Virus record (IMG/VR): IMGVR_UViG_3300042486_001111
Source: a virus
Lineage: Duplodnaviria; Heunggongvirae; Uroviricota; Caudoviricetes
Length of the DNA stretch: 64,000 nt
Direction: 5' to 3' (one strand)
Numbering within the stretch: the stretch's first letter is position 1; every line of letters begins with the position of its first letter. Positions 9,352 through 18,012 of the stretch are shown here, piece after piece. The notes beneath the pieces are model-generated. The model searched no databases. It was not told the DNA's origin and saw nothing but the letters and a program-made list of their open reading frames with translations. The position numbers were made by a program, and so were the translations under genes.

Positions 9352-11235
9352 TTAAAATCCCCAATCATAAGACTCCTTTAATTTCTTCATATAGTCGTAC
9401 CAAACAATTTTAGTCTCCTCACCAGTAAGCCCATAATTATTCTTACAGTAACTATCAAAATAAATTAACTGAGAATCTAACCCACTATAAGTATTATTTG
9501 TCGATAAACCAAATGTGTGTTCATAAACCGATTTAAATCCAGTCCTACCTGCGGAACTGCCTGGATAATAATAAGGAGGGTTAAACCAACTATTACCAAC
9601 TTCGGTATCCTTAAACAACCAATCAACAATCTTATCTAAATAAGCCTGTTTCTTATCGTCAGATTCATTTATGGGTTTAAGATCATACATTATAGATTCT
9701 TTATTGTACCTATCCTTAATAATTTTTTTATAGTTATTCCAAATGTATTTTGTCTCATCATAGTTTAACCCATAAGTATCCCTACAAGTTATCTGTATAT
9801 CCGAAGACATACCCCACGAAAGTTTATTTTTTAAATCATCAATAAAACTAGGTAACGGTTTACCATTCGGACCTATCTGAGAAAAAGGATATATTATAAC
9901 ACCCGTTTCATATCTAATTATAGTATCGTCAACAAACCACTTAAGAATCTTATCCAAATATTTTTGTTTCCTAACTTCAGATTCATTTAAAGAATTGTAT
10001 TTTTCAGATTCATATAAATCTTTCATAAACCCTTTCCACACATATTCAGTCTCATCTTCTGTAAGTCCATATTGTTCCTCACAGAATTTTTTAAAATAAT
10101 TCTTCTGAATTGCGAATTTTACAGATTCTACATCAGTAACGTATTTTAATAAACCAAACGTTTGTTTATAAAGAGAAGAAAGTGTGATACTATTTTCTGC
10201 GTACAAATTACCAGTTTTATATGGGGGTTCAAACCAAAGACTATTCACGTCTGTATCACTAACCAACCAATCAATAATCTTATTAAGGTAATTCTGTTTC
10301 TTATCATCAGATTCATAGATAGGTTCATTAGTAGGATCGTCACCAAACATAGTGTTCCTCATTATATCCTTATATTTCCCCCATACATAAGAAACATCTT
10401 TTATATATGTTATACCATATATTTCCTCAATGTATTCCATAAAACCACCTATAGGAATAACACTATCCTTATGAAAAAGAATTTTATGGAACGGTGTAGA
10501 ATTATCAGTATTTCGTCTAGTTGCAATCTTTTGAGTAAAAGGAAAAAATATTTCCCTTTCCTCATAATCCACTTTGGTATCCTTAACTAAAAAATCTACA
10601 ACCTTATCTAAGTACTTTATTTTTCTATCGTCAGACTCATTAAAGTAGAGGGGACTGACATTATTACCAAATACAATATTATACATAATAACCTTATATG
10701 TCTCCCAAACATAATCAATGTCCTCCGTTAAATTAATTCCATACATTTCCTCAATGTATTCCGTAAAACCATCAATAGGAATATATGTATCAAAAAGACG
10801 TTTATGAAAAGTTGTGAGATTACTACTACCTTGTCTAAGTGAGTTATTATATGTAAAAGGAAAAAATAACGTCTTATTATCATAATTTACTTTGGTGTCC
10901 TTAACTAAAAAATCAACAACCTTATCTAAAAAGTTTTTTCTTCTGTCATCAGACTCATTGATAGAACCACCTTTATTATTAATCTTTTCTTTAATCATAT
11001 CAATATAAATACCCCAAACATACAGAGATTCTTCATGAGTTAAACCATAGTTGTCTTTACAGTATTGAGAGTATCTACCCTTATGAAAAAAATAATCTAA
11101 ATTGGCGTCACTAATATATAATCTGTACGATGGAAAAAAAGGAAAATCTATATGGTTATCCCCATAGTCTATAATAGTGTCCTTAACCAGAAACTCTACC
11201 ACCTTATGTAAAAAATTTTTTCTATTGTTCTCCAT
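9352..11235 (-). CDS. 627-aa protein made of six tandem ~100-aa modules (DKVVDFLVKDT...FFPF...YGLT.E..YVW.Y)
   Basis: Six recognisable repeats, each starting R/K-K-x-x-[FY]L[DHN]K[VI][VI][DE][FW]LV[KS]DT and ending [YE]YGLT..E..YVW..Y. Confidence 0.6.
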   Translation of the reverse strand: MENNRKNFLHKVVEFLVKDTIIDYGDNHIDFPFFPSYRLYISDANLDYFFHKGRYSQYCKDNYGLTHEESLYVWGIYIDMIKEKINNKGGSINESDDRRKNFLDKVVDFLVKDTKVNYDNKTLFFPFTYNNSLRQGSSNLTTFHKRLFDTYIPIDGFTEYIEEMYGINLTEDIDYVWETYKVIMYNIVFGNNVSPLYFNESDDRKIKYLDKVVDFLVKDTKVDYEEREIFFPFTQKIATRRNTDNSTPFHKILFHKDSVIPIGGFMEYIEEIYGITYIKDVSYVWGKYKDIMRNTMFGDDPTNEPIYESDDKKQNYLNKIIDWLVSDTDVNSLWFEPPYKTGNLYAENSITLSSLYKQTFGLLKYVTDVESVKFAIQKNYFKKFCEEQYGLTEDETEYVWKGFMKDLYESEKYNSLNESEVRKQKYLDKILKWFVDDTIIRYETGVIIYPFSQIGPNGKPLPSFIDDLKNKLSWGMSSDIQITCRDTYGLNYDETKYIWNNYKKIIKDRYNKESIMYDLKPINESDDKKQAYLDKIVDWLFKDTEVGNSWFNPPYYYPGSSAGRTGFKSVYEHTFGLSTNNTYSGLDSQLIYFDSYCKNNYGLTGEETKIVWYDYMKKLKESYDWGF

Positions 11236-11542
11236 ACTTTGATATTAATAAAGTTGCCAATTTTATTCCGTACATATCCATAACTCTACGACACTCATCT
11301 TCTGTTAACCCATAATATCCCACAAGGTATTTAATGTCATCGGTACCGATTAACCATCCACTATGTAACCACTCCTTTAGTTCATCTTCCGTATAATAAA
11401 ATTCTAATTCCTCAATACCATACATTGGAAAATTCACACCTATGTGATCTCTGTTGGAAGGTTTTGTCCAGTGTTTGGTTCTCTTAACTAAATCGTCAAC
11501 AACATAATTGAAATATCTTCCTAATTTATCCTCCATATACAT
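11222..11542 (-). CDS. single-module member of the same repeat family (YVVDDLVKRTK...YGLTEDECRRVMDMY)
   Basis: Shares the module; overlaps the upstream gene by 14 nt. Confidence 0.5.
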   Translation of the reverse strand: MYMEDKLGRYFNYVVDDLVKRTKHWTKPSNRDHIGVNFPMYGIEELEFYYTEDELKEWLHSGWLIGTDDIKYLVGYYGLTEDECRRVMDMYGIKLATLLISKYGEQ

Positions 11543-11569
11543 AATATAAATATTGAAATATTTGGAAAC

Positions 11570-11852
11570 GAAAAAATTCCTGGAAAATTTTGAAGGGTAC
11601 CCCTAACCCCACCAGAAATGGGTGTTGTTTGTGGGGGATATAAAATAAAAAAAGGTTCATTTCTAAACCTTAAAATTTCCTGGAAAATTTGTGGACAACA
11701 TCACCTACCCCCTTTACGTCAAAACACCCCCAGAGGGAAGGGGGGTGATGTAGGGGTACCTGAGGGGGGACTCCCCTCTAGGGGAGAGGTATTGTATATA
11801 TTACTGTACACAAAGTACCCCCCTCCCCCTACGGACTATATATATGGTTTAG
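11570..11852 (-). ncRNA. candidate structured non-coding RNA (GC-rich island downstream of an orphan promoter)
   Basis: A TTGACA-17-TATATT promoter is followed by a 4-codon mini-ORF (ATG AAA AAT ACC TAA). After it lies a G/C-rich region, unusual for this genome, with duplicated ttcctggaaaattt boxes and palindromes (gggtacccc, tcccctctagggga). No plausible CDS. Confidence 0.25.
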
Positions 11853-11858
11853 GTATTT

Positions 11859-11887
11859 TTCATACTACAAATATAAGGATAAAATAT
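11859..11887 (-). promoter_or_regulatory. sigma70-like promoter TTGACAttgt-17-TATATT (orphan)
   Basis: Minus strand reads TTGACATTGTAATATTTTATCCTTATATTTGTAGTATG. It is nearly identical in architecture to the promoters at 15809..15837 and 29513..29541. Confidence 0.45.
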
Positions 11888-12171
11888 TACAATGTCAAAT
11901 TATAGGGAATAAAAAAAGGGATAATTTTTTTCGTTTTACAGATCACACTGTTACGATGATTATATTATCCCTTCTTATGTGATGAAGTGTAACCATATCT
12001 TTTGTTCAATACGTTACGTCCCTTCATCTAATCTACGTTGTCCAGTGATGACAAACAATTGTTCATCCATAATCACCTTTTCCTTCCATAGGGTGGGGAG
12101 GAAGGAAGGAACCCCGTAGATTAATATATCAAACAACTATGATACAATATTAACTATATTAAATTAAAAAG

Positions 12172-13044
12172 TCAATACCCATATCTCTTTTTTACACTCT
12201 CTTTTCTAGTATAATATTCAGAGGATCTTAAATACTGATCCAACCCTCTACCATTACTATCTATATAGTCTATAAGTTTTCCATCACCATATGTAAACCA
12301 TTCTTTATATTTAGTACCAGAGTTAGGATAATTACTTTCCTTATATATTACATTACCATCATCATCGTATTCATCAATAAAATAATTACCGTTTCTAGAT
12401 TCCATATATCTAGATTGTCCATATATATCTGTAACGTATATGGCGTCTACTACATCCTTCACCACTAAGTCCTCATTAAATACTTTAGATATAATACCAT
12501 CCCATTCATCTCTTGGTATCCCTAATGATTCTAGATCATACCTAAATGGTGGTTTCAATGTATCTATTATTTTATCTATTAGTTTATCACTATACACAGA
12601 CTCATTGAGATCATAATCTGGATCCTTTACATCAGATATTTTACCCTCAGAGTTTTCATAGTATATAGATTCACCCTTATCATTAAATATTGATTTCTCC
12701 CAATATTCATTTCCTTTACCATCTGTTTTAAATAGATATGTTACATTATCGTTCTTATCGAATTCTCTGATCACATAGTCACCACCTTCACCTTCATAGT
12801 ATAATATATTAGTTCCCTTATCTGTTACTATACCACCTGTTATTTGTTCATCACGATAGAATGAAGACACTAATACATTTTGATTATATAATGTATAAAA
12901 CACACCTCTCCATTCATCCTCTGGTACACCTAATCTTTGTAGATCCAAAAAGTATGGTGGACGTATTACCTTAGATAGTTTATCATAATATCTTTGTTTA
13001 TAATCATTCGATTCCTTAATGATTCCTTTAATTGTTACCTTCAT
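12172..13044 (-). CDS. protein with two PPY..DL.SLG.P..EW modules and MORN/YwqK-like Gly-Tyr repeats
   Basis: YYDKLSKVIRPPYFLDLQRLGVPEDEW and LIDKIIDTLKPPFRYDLESLGIPRDEW; YYEGEGGDY...YYENSEGK repeats. Confidence 0.5.
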   Translation of the reverse strand: MKVTIKGIIKESNDYKQRYYDKLSKVIRPPYFLDLQRLGVPEDEWRGVFYTLYNQNVLVSSFYRDEQITGGIVTDKGTNILYYEGEGGDYVIREFDKNDNVTYLFKTDGKGNEYWEKSIFNDKGESIYYENSEGKISDVKDPDYDLNESVYSDKLIDKIIDTLKPPFRYDLESLGIPRDEWDGIISKVFNEDLVVKDVVDAIYVTDIYGQSRYMESRNGNYFIDEYDDDGNVIYKESNYPNSGTKYKEWFTYGDGKLIDYIDSNGRGLDQYLRSSEYYTRKESVKKRYGY

Positions 13045-13104
13045 TTTTTTATAAAATATATTAATAAATATTTGGTAGTGTCAAAAATTCTTCGTACCTT
13101 TGTT

Positions 13105-13287
13105 ATGTTGGTGAGGGTATCCTCGAAACGGGTCAGAGAAACAGGTTCTTCTCTAAGAGGGTATACTCCGACCTGTCTTATATTTTTTTATAAGGGAAAC
13201 TTTAGACCAACCGACCTTTGATCCCTTCATACTATATATCTATATGTACGCCTGTTTCGGTATTACCACCAACAATACAAAGGTAGT
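13105..13287. repeat. intergenic element bounded by a 19-bp imperfect inverted repeat (tacctttgttatgttggtg / caccaacaatacaaaggta)
   Basis: The IR arms flank ~145 bp containing further complementary blocks (cgaaacgggtcagagaaacagg ... cctgtttcgg). Confidence 0.4.
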
Positions 13288-13313
13288 AATAAAAAACGAC
13301 ATACACAAATAAA

Positions 13314-14306
13314 TTAATAAGTTTTTTTTAATCTATGAAAGTTCTCCATAAGGAATACTCTATACTGATCCCATAATGAATTAATGGTTTGTGGATCCAA
13401 TCCATAAGTTTCAATACAGTAATGAGTAAATGGTTTAGGTGGTTCATCTATAAACATTATAATCTCTATTACGGTATGTACTCTTTTACTCTTATAACTA
13501 ATAGATACTGGTTGATCTAAGAATGGTACACGTATTAAATCTTCTCCTATCTGATATGTATCATCCTTTAAGAACTGTAATACCTTATCAACAAAACGAT
13601 CCATTCTCTCATCTGATTCATTAATATTAAACTTCTTTTGAAGTATTCTATTTTCAAATACATTCTCATAGATATATTTTAATATCATATCAGTTAAAGT
13701 GATAGATACATATTGTCCACCATCTGGTAATCCTTCAGTCATTAACTGTATACAACATCTGAATATATAATCAGTATACCTATTAGAAAATGATTTAAAA
13801 TCTTCACGTGGATCACCATCCTCCAACCATACATTTAAACCTAACAAACCTTCTCTAGTTCTACCGAATTCATTAATGTATAATATATCTACATTATCAC
13901 CAAAACTATGTACCAACCCTATTGAGTCAATGATCCTATTATATACTCTCATAAAGAATTTATAATGTCCCTCACTGTTGAAACCGTATATTCTTAATGT
14001 CTGTCTCGGATCACTTTCGGATGGTTCTAAATTACCGTGTAGATATAATTCATTTATACTACCACTAAAATCATAATTAATTGAATCACTATATCTATAC
14101 CATAGTTCTTTACACTCTACTAAAGATAACCCATACTGATCCTTACAGTATTCATAGAAGTTTTTATGTAGTGGTAAATAGAAATTTGTTTGTAACGCAT
14201 ACAAAGGTTGATTAAAAGGATATACTATTCTCAGATCCTTCTTATCTATCTGTGTATCCTTAATAATCGTATCTAATACTCTCTCTATATATCTCTCTCT
14301 ATTCAT
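13314..14306 (-). CDS. two-module member of the DKV..DT / YGL repeat family
   Basis: RYIERVLDTIIKDTQ...YGLSLVECKELWYRY and RFVDKVLQFLKDDTY...YGLDPQTINSLWDQY. Confidence 0.55.
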   Translation of the reverse strand: MNRERYIERVLDTIIKDTQIDKKDLRIVYPFNQPLYALQTNFYLPLHKNFYEYCKDQYGLSLVECKELWYRYSDSINYDFSGSINELYLHGNLEPSESDPRQTLRIYGFNSEGHYKFFMRVYNRIIDSIGLVHSFGDNVDILYINEFGRTREGLLGLNVWLEDGDPREDFKSFSNRYTDYIFRCCIQLMTEGLPDGGQYVSITLTDMILKYIYENVFENRILQKKFNINESDERMDRFVDKVLQFLKDDTYQIGEDLIRVPFLDQPVSISYKSKRVHTVIEIIMFIDEPPKPFTHYCIETYGLDPQTINSLWDQYRVFLMENFHRLKKTY

Positions 14307-14770
14307 ATAATATAAATATAGAGAACCATATTAAAATGAAATATTATCTCCGTGTTCCCAATCTACTAATTCATCTTCCATAGTATTAAATATACGGTGT
14401 GGTAAAAAGTGGTAAGGTACAGTTTTTTGTTAATAACTTTTATACTAAAAAGTTGATTTTTACGTTTTTTTTCCGTATATTTGTAATAGGTTTTTTGTAA
14501 ATTTCAGAAAAAATATAGGGTAAATCTACGGTCAACGCAATGTTTTCTATCCCTTTATGATTAAACGTTAACCAAATTCCCACAATTTACCACCGTAGAC
14601 ATCGATTATTAAAATAACCGTATTTTAATGAGGCAAACACATTTTATACTAAAGGTACAGTTTATAGATTTAATTGTGGGGGTTTCTGGTACACTGTATT
14701 AAACGATCTTTTAAAATATATTATAGTATACCATACAGATAATATAGTGTCTCAAATAGTCTTATTCGAA

Positions 14771-15031
14771 CTATAAACCTATGTACATTTCTTTGTTATT
14801 ATCCAACACTATTTTAGTACATAGTTGTCCACAAAAATCTATTTCTTCTACGGATACAATTTTATTTATACCACTTAGATATTTTGTTTTATAGGATTCT
14901 TTTTCTATAAGTCTACGTTTTCTTACACCACTTAATTTATCGGTATCAATGTCTTTACCGTTCAATACGAATCCATCGAAGTAGTGTCCTTCCCATTTAT
15001 AGTCATCTCCGACTTTTATATTTTTATTCAT
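14771..15031 (-). CDS. hypothetical protein (86 aa) adjacent to the HNH gene
   Basis: Intact ORF set apart by non-coding flanks. Confidence 0.4.
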   Translation of the reverse strand: MNKNIKVGDDYKWEGHYFDGFVLNGKDIDTDKLSGVRKRRLIEKESYKTKYLSGINKIVSVEEIDFCGQLCTKIVLDNNKEMYIGL

Positions 15032-15079
15032 ATACTTTTTTATTTTATCGTAATCCCCGTTACTGTAATTTCTATTACG

Positions 15080-15802
15080 TTAATTTATTTTATCTCTCTT
15101 TACACACCTATTAACATAAGAACATAATGGTTGTAAATTACTATGGTGATTTAATCTAATGATATCTTCCACACACTTACCAGATGATACAGGTATTATA
15201 TGATCTAAATCCCACCCATATCTTTCTTCTCCATTATACTTACCATAGTTATCCCAATTCATCCATTCTTCCCATTGTGATTCTATTTGTGTTTTAAATT
15301 CTTCGTATGTACAACCTAATATCTTATATGATTTAGTTTTTTTAGTGTAACCTTTTAGTCTAAAGGATTGTTTTAATAAGTTTCTAATATTAGTAGTAAG
15401 TTTATAAAGTGAATCAGATTGTCTCCTTACTTTATTATATTCTTTTATTTTATCTTTATTATTTTCCCTGTATTCTTTATTATATTCTTTCATTTTATCT
15501 TTATTATTTCCCCTGTATTCTTTACCATATTCTTTTACTTTATCTTTATTGTTCTGTTTATATTCTTTATCATATTCTTTTAATTTATCTTTATTGTTCT
15601 GTTTATATTCTTTATCATATTCTTTTATTTTATCTTTATTATTTTCCCTGTATTCTTTTTTACCTTTTTTTATTTTATCTTTATTATTTTCATAGTATTC
15701 TTTCTTGTATTCTTTACTACATAGTCTACATTCAGACCTACCTTTATTAAACTCAGATAATTCTTTTTCTTCTTTACATTTGGTACATACTTTCTTTTCC
15801 AT
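15080..15802 (-). CDS. HNH endonuclease with N-terminal zinc ribbon and 8 tandem 11-aa KEYxxNNKDKxKEY repeats (likely homing endonuclease)
   Basis: CTKCK...CRLC near the N-terminus; repeats; DHIIPVSSGKCVEDIIRLNHHSNLQPLC resembles an HNH motif. Confidence 0.75.
   Translation of the reverse strand: MEKKVCTKCKEEKELSEFNKGRSECRLCSKEYKKEYYENNKDKIKKGKKEYRENNKDKIKEYDKEYKQNNKDKLKEYDKEYKQNNKDKVKEYGKEYRGNNKDKMKEYNKEYRENNKDKIKEYNKVRRQSDSLYKLTTNIRNLLKQSFRLKGYTKKTKSYKILGCTYEEFKTQIESQWEEWMNWDNYGKYNGEERYGWDLDHIIPVSSGKCVEDIIRLNHHSNLQPLCSYVNRCVKRDKIN
15410..15750. repeat. tandem ~33-bp DNA repeats (coding, inside the HNH gene)
   Basis: Repeating tattctttattatattcttttattttatctttattatt units seen directly. They give a spurious poly-Tyr/Leu antisense ORF (15409..15750 +). 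Confidence 0.6.
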
Positions 15803-15808
15803 ACCACA

Positions 15809-15837
15809 ATTATAATAATTTCATATTACAATGTCAA
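15809..15837 (-). promoter_or_regulatory. consensus sigma70 promoter TTGACA-17-TATAAT, 6 nt before the ATG (leaderless)
   Basis: Minus strand reads TTTTTGACATTGTAATATGAAATTATTATAATTGTGGTATG(gaaaag). Confidence 0.5.
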
Positions 15838-15982
15838 AAACGAATGATACCCCTTTTGTCCGATCATCCCAACCCTTCTTGTGGGTTTTACTTTACATAT
15901 TATAAGGATTTCATTTTACATATTATAAAAAAACCCCTACAGTAATGTAGAGGTTCAAATATTCTTCATATGTATTTATATC

Positions 15983-16447
15983 TTATCGTCTTTGGAAGTC
16001 TTTCTTTTTTCTAATGGTATTAAATATTTCGTATATAACACCATCATCAAATTCCTTTGATTCATTTATATAATTGGCAACCTCTTCATTATAACCGTAA
16101 TGTCCCCTCTCATATTCTGTTACCTCAATCTCTAGTAAATTACCATCACTGATTACTTTATCTATAACTTTTAAACCTGTCAAATATAAATTAATATCTA
16201 CATATAATTCACCTTCCTCACCATAATAATCTTTTGTACCTTCATCCATTATGAAATCTATGATGTATCGTTCTATTATATCTCTCGGTAGTTCACCTAT
16301 TTTAAGTAATATATTTGTAAGTGACATTTGTGTTGTCTCCATAAAATAATACAACCCAAACTTTTTTATTCTAGATAAAAATAAATTCTTATCAACCCCA
16401 TCGGATTCCTCCTTCAATATTCTTTTTATATTTTCTTTTAGGTTCAT
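15983..16447 (-). CDS. leader family B protein (MNLKENIKRILKEE...)
   Basis: Conserved leader. Confidence 0.6.
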   Translation of the reverse strand: MNLKENIKRILKEESDGVDKNLFLSRIKKFGLYYFMETTQMSLTNILLKIGELPRDIIERYIIDFIMDEGTKDYYGEEGELYVDINLYLTGLKVIDKVISDGNLLEIEVTEYERGHYGYNEEVANYINESKEFDDGVIYEIFNTIRKKKDFQRR

Positions 16448-16457
16448 ATTCTTTTAA

Positions 16458-16826
16458 TTACACATCTTTAATCTCATCACCAATAACATCTAATGTTTCT
16501 TTGTTTGTTGCGTTTTTTATCACCTTTGGTGCAACTCCTTCATCATACGCCTCTTTCCATCTTTTTGCACATAAACACCATCTATCCCCACTTTTTAACA
16601 TAGATAAATCATTTCCTTTTGACTTTGTAAACTCAAGAAATCGATCATCAACTTCACTACAAACTGTGTGTGTTCCTTTATCAGAACTACCTGTCTTACA
16701 ATATCCATCTCTGTAATATCCTGTCATTGGGCTTTCTCCACATATTTGTAATGGTTCGTCTAATATATTCATATCAGATATGTCCATCATTTCTATAATT
16801 CTATGTATTTGTTCTTGTAGATTCAT
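16458..16826 (-). CDS. leader family C protein (MNLQEQIHRIIEMM...), Cys-rich
   Basis: Conserved leader; five Cys residues spread over the C-terminal half (Cys-rich). Confidence 0.6.
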   Translation of the reverse strand: MNLQEQIHRIIEMMDISDMNILDEPLQICGESPMTGYYRDGYCKTGSSDKGTHTVCSEVDDRFLEFTKSKGNDLSMLKSGDRWCLCAKRWKEAYDEGVAPKVIKNATNKETLDVIGDEIKDV

Positions 16827-16827
16827 A

Positions 16828-17154
16828 TTATGACATACTTCTAATTATTTGATTATACTTGTGAACCCCTAATCCTTTTTGTATTCCGTCCCAATTTTCT
16901 TTCCACCCTATTAATTTTTCTTCAGGTAATTCTTCCCATTCATACCATGCATTTGTATTTTCAGGTGTAACAATTGATATTAAATCAGGGTTCCATTCAC
17001 CACCTGTTTGAGTACCTTCAGGTGTATGAACTATTTTAAATGAATTACCATAGTTTTCATCCCAATCAATATATAATCTTTCTATATAATCATTTGATTC
17101 GGTTATTAAACCCATCATAGATTTTATTCTATGTATTTGTTTTTGTAGATTCAT
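16828..17154 (-). CDS. leader family C protein (MNLQKQIHRIKSMMGLITES...)
   Basis: Start set at the conserved leader Met; 1-nt gap to the upstream gene. Confidence 0.55.
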   Translation of the reverse strand: MNLQKQIHRIKSMMGLITESNDYIERLYIDWDENYGNSFKIVHTPEGTQTGGEWNPDLISIVTPENTNAWYEWEELPEEKLIGWKENWDGIQKGLGVHKYNQIIRSMS

Positions 17155-17155
17155 A

Positions 17156-17572
17156 TTACCAAATACTTTTACCACTTCCTTTATAAATTAATTTTATACA
17201 GTTAGACGGTATATTCTCAAATGTTACTATGTGATGTTCGTAATCACCCCCTTCAAAATGTGTATCCCTATACCAAGTAACTCCCGCACATTCTGTATCT
17301 ATTAACCATATATCATCATCGTAACCATCATCAAACATATCTTCTTTATTTAGAGAATCTGTAGCAAAAATTGATGGTTGACATTCCACATCACCACCTA
17401 CATAACTTTGATAACATTCTCCCACCGATGTTTGTAAACCAGTAAGTTTTATATTATCTCTCCACACAGGATTTGACTGGTGAACAACGAACTTATTAGG
17501 TGTCATTTCAGTACCTTTAGGTGAGTATAGTTCTTCCTTTATTATTCTTCTTATTTGTTCTTGTAGTTTCAT
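17156..17572 (-). CDS. leader family B protein (MKLQEQIRRIIKEE...)
   Basis: Start set at the conserved leader Met. Confidence 0.55.
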   Translation of the reverse strand: MKLQEQIRRIIKEELYSPKGTEMTPNKFVVHQSNPVWRDNIKLTGLQTSVGECYQSYVGGDVECQPSIFATDSLNKEDMFDDGYDDDIWLIDTECAGVTWYRDTHFEGGDYEHHIVTFENIPSNCIKLIYKGSGKSIW

Positions 17573-17573
17573 A

Positions 17574-18011
17574 TTAATTATAAAATTCAACATTAAGTTT
17601 TGTATCACCCCACAAAGGATTATTAGAATCTAAATGGTTCTGTAATAAATATAATGCCGATAATCTATGTGCCCCATCTTGTAGTGTTCCATTAACTATT
17701 ATTATTGGGGGAAGATTGTATATTGATTCAGGGTTCTTTTTTAAGTAATCTGCATATTCCATAACCTTTTTTGTTACACCCCAATCATATTCTTTGTTTT
17801 GAACATCCTGTAAAACTTCTTTGTAGTATGGAATATAATCTAACATCTCAATTAATTCATTTAATGTAAGTTGTTCCGTATATTTGTCCATACTTTCTTT
17901 TTCTTCGTCTGAAATTGGTTTACCACTTGACATACCAAGTTGTGGAATGTTTTCAGATATAACTCCCATCATTGATTGTATCCTTGATATTTGTTCTTGT
18001 AGATTTTTCAT
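17574..18011 (-). CDS. leader family C protein with possible ParB-like nuclease motif (LQDGAHRLSALYLL)
   Basis: MKNLQEQISRIQSMMGVISE leader; a DG.HR motif suggests a ParB/sulfiredoxin-like fold (weak). Confidence 0.5.
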   Translation of the reverse strand: MKNLQEQISRIQSMMGVISENIPQLGMSSGKPISDEEKESMDKYTEQLTLNELIEMLDYIPYYKEVLQDVQNKEYDWGVTKKVMEYADYLKKNPESIYNLPPIIIVNGTLQDGAHRLSALYLLQNHLDSNNPLWGDTKLNVEFYN

Positions 18012-18012
18012 A

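Noticed and set aside
11618-11905. 95-aa plus-strand ORF (Gly/Pro-rich) in the GC-rich intergenic island
   Set aside because: Composition-driven. It spans palindromes and the orphan promoter, with no start context. It is better explained as non-coding structured DNA/RNA.
15409-15750. 113-aa poly-Tyr/Leu plus-strand ORF and apparent repeat array inside the HNH gene (possible CRISPR-like array?)
   Set aside because: The repeats are ~33-bp in-frame coding repeats of the HNH gene (KEYxxNNKDKxKEY). There are no spacer-like unique sequences, so this is not a CRISPR array. The plus-strand ORF is the antisense artefact.
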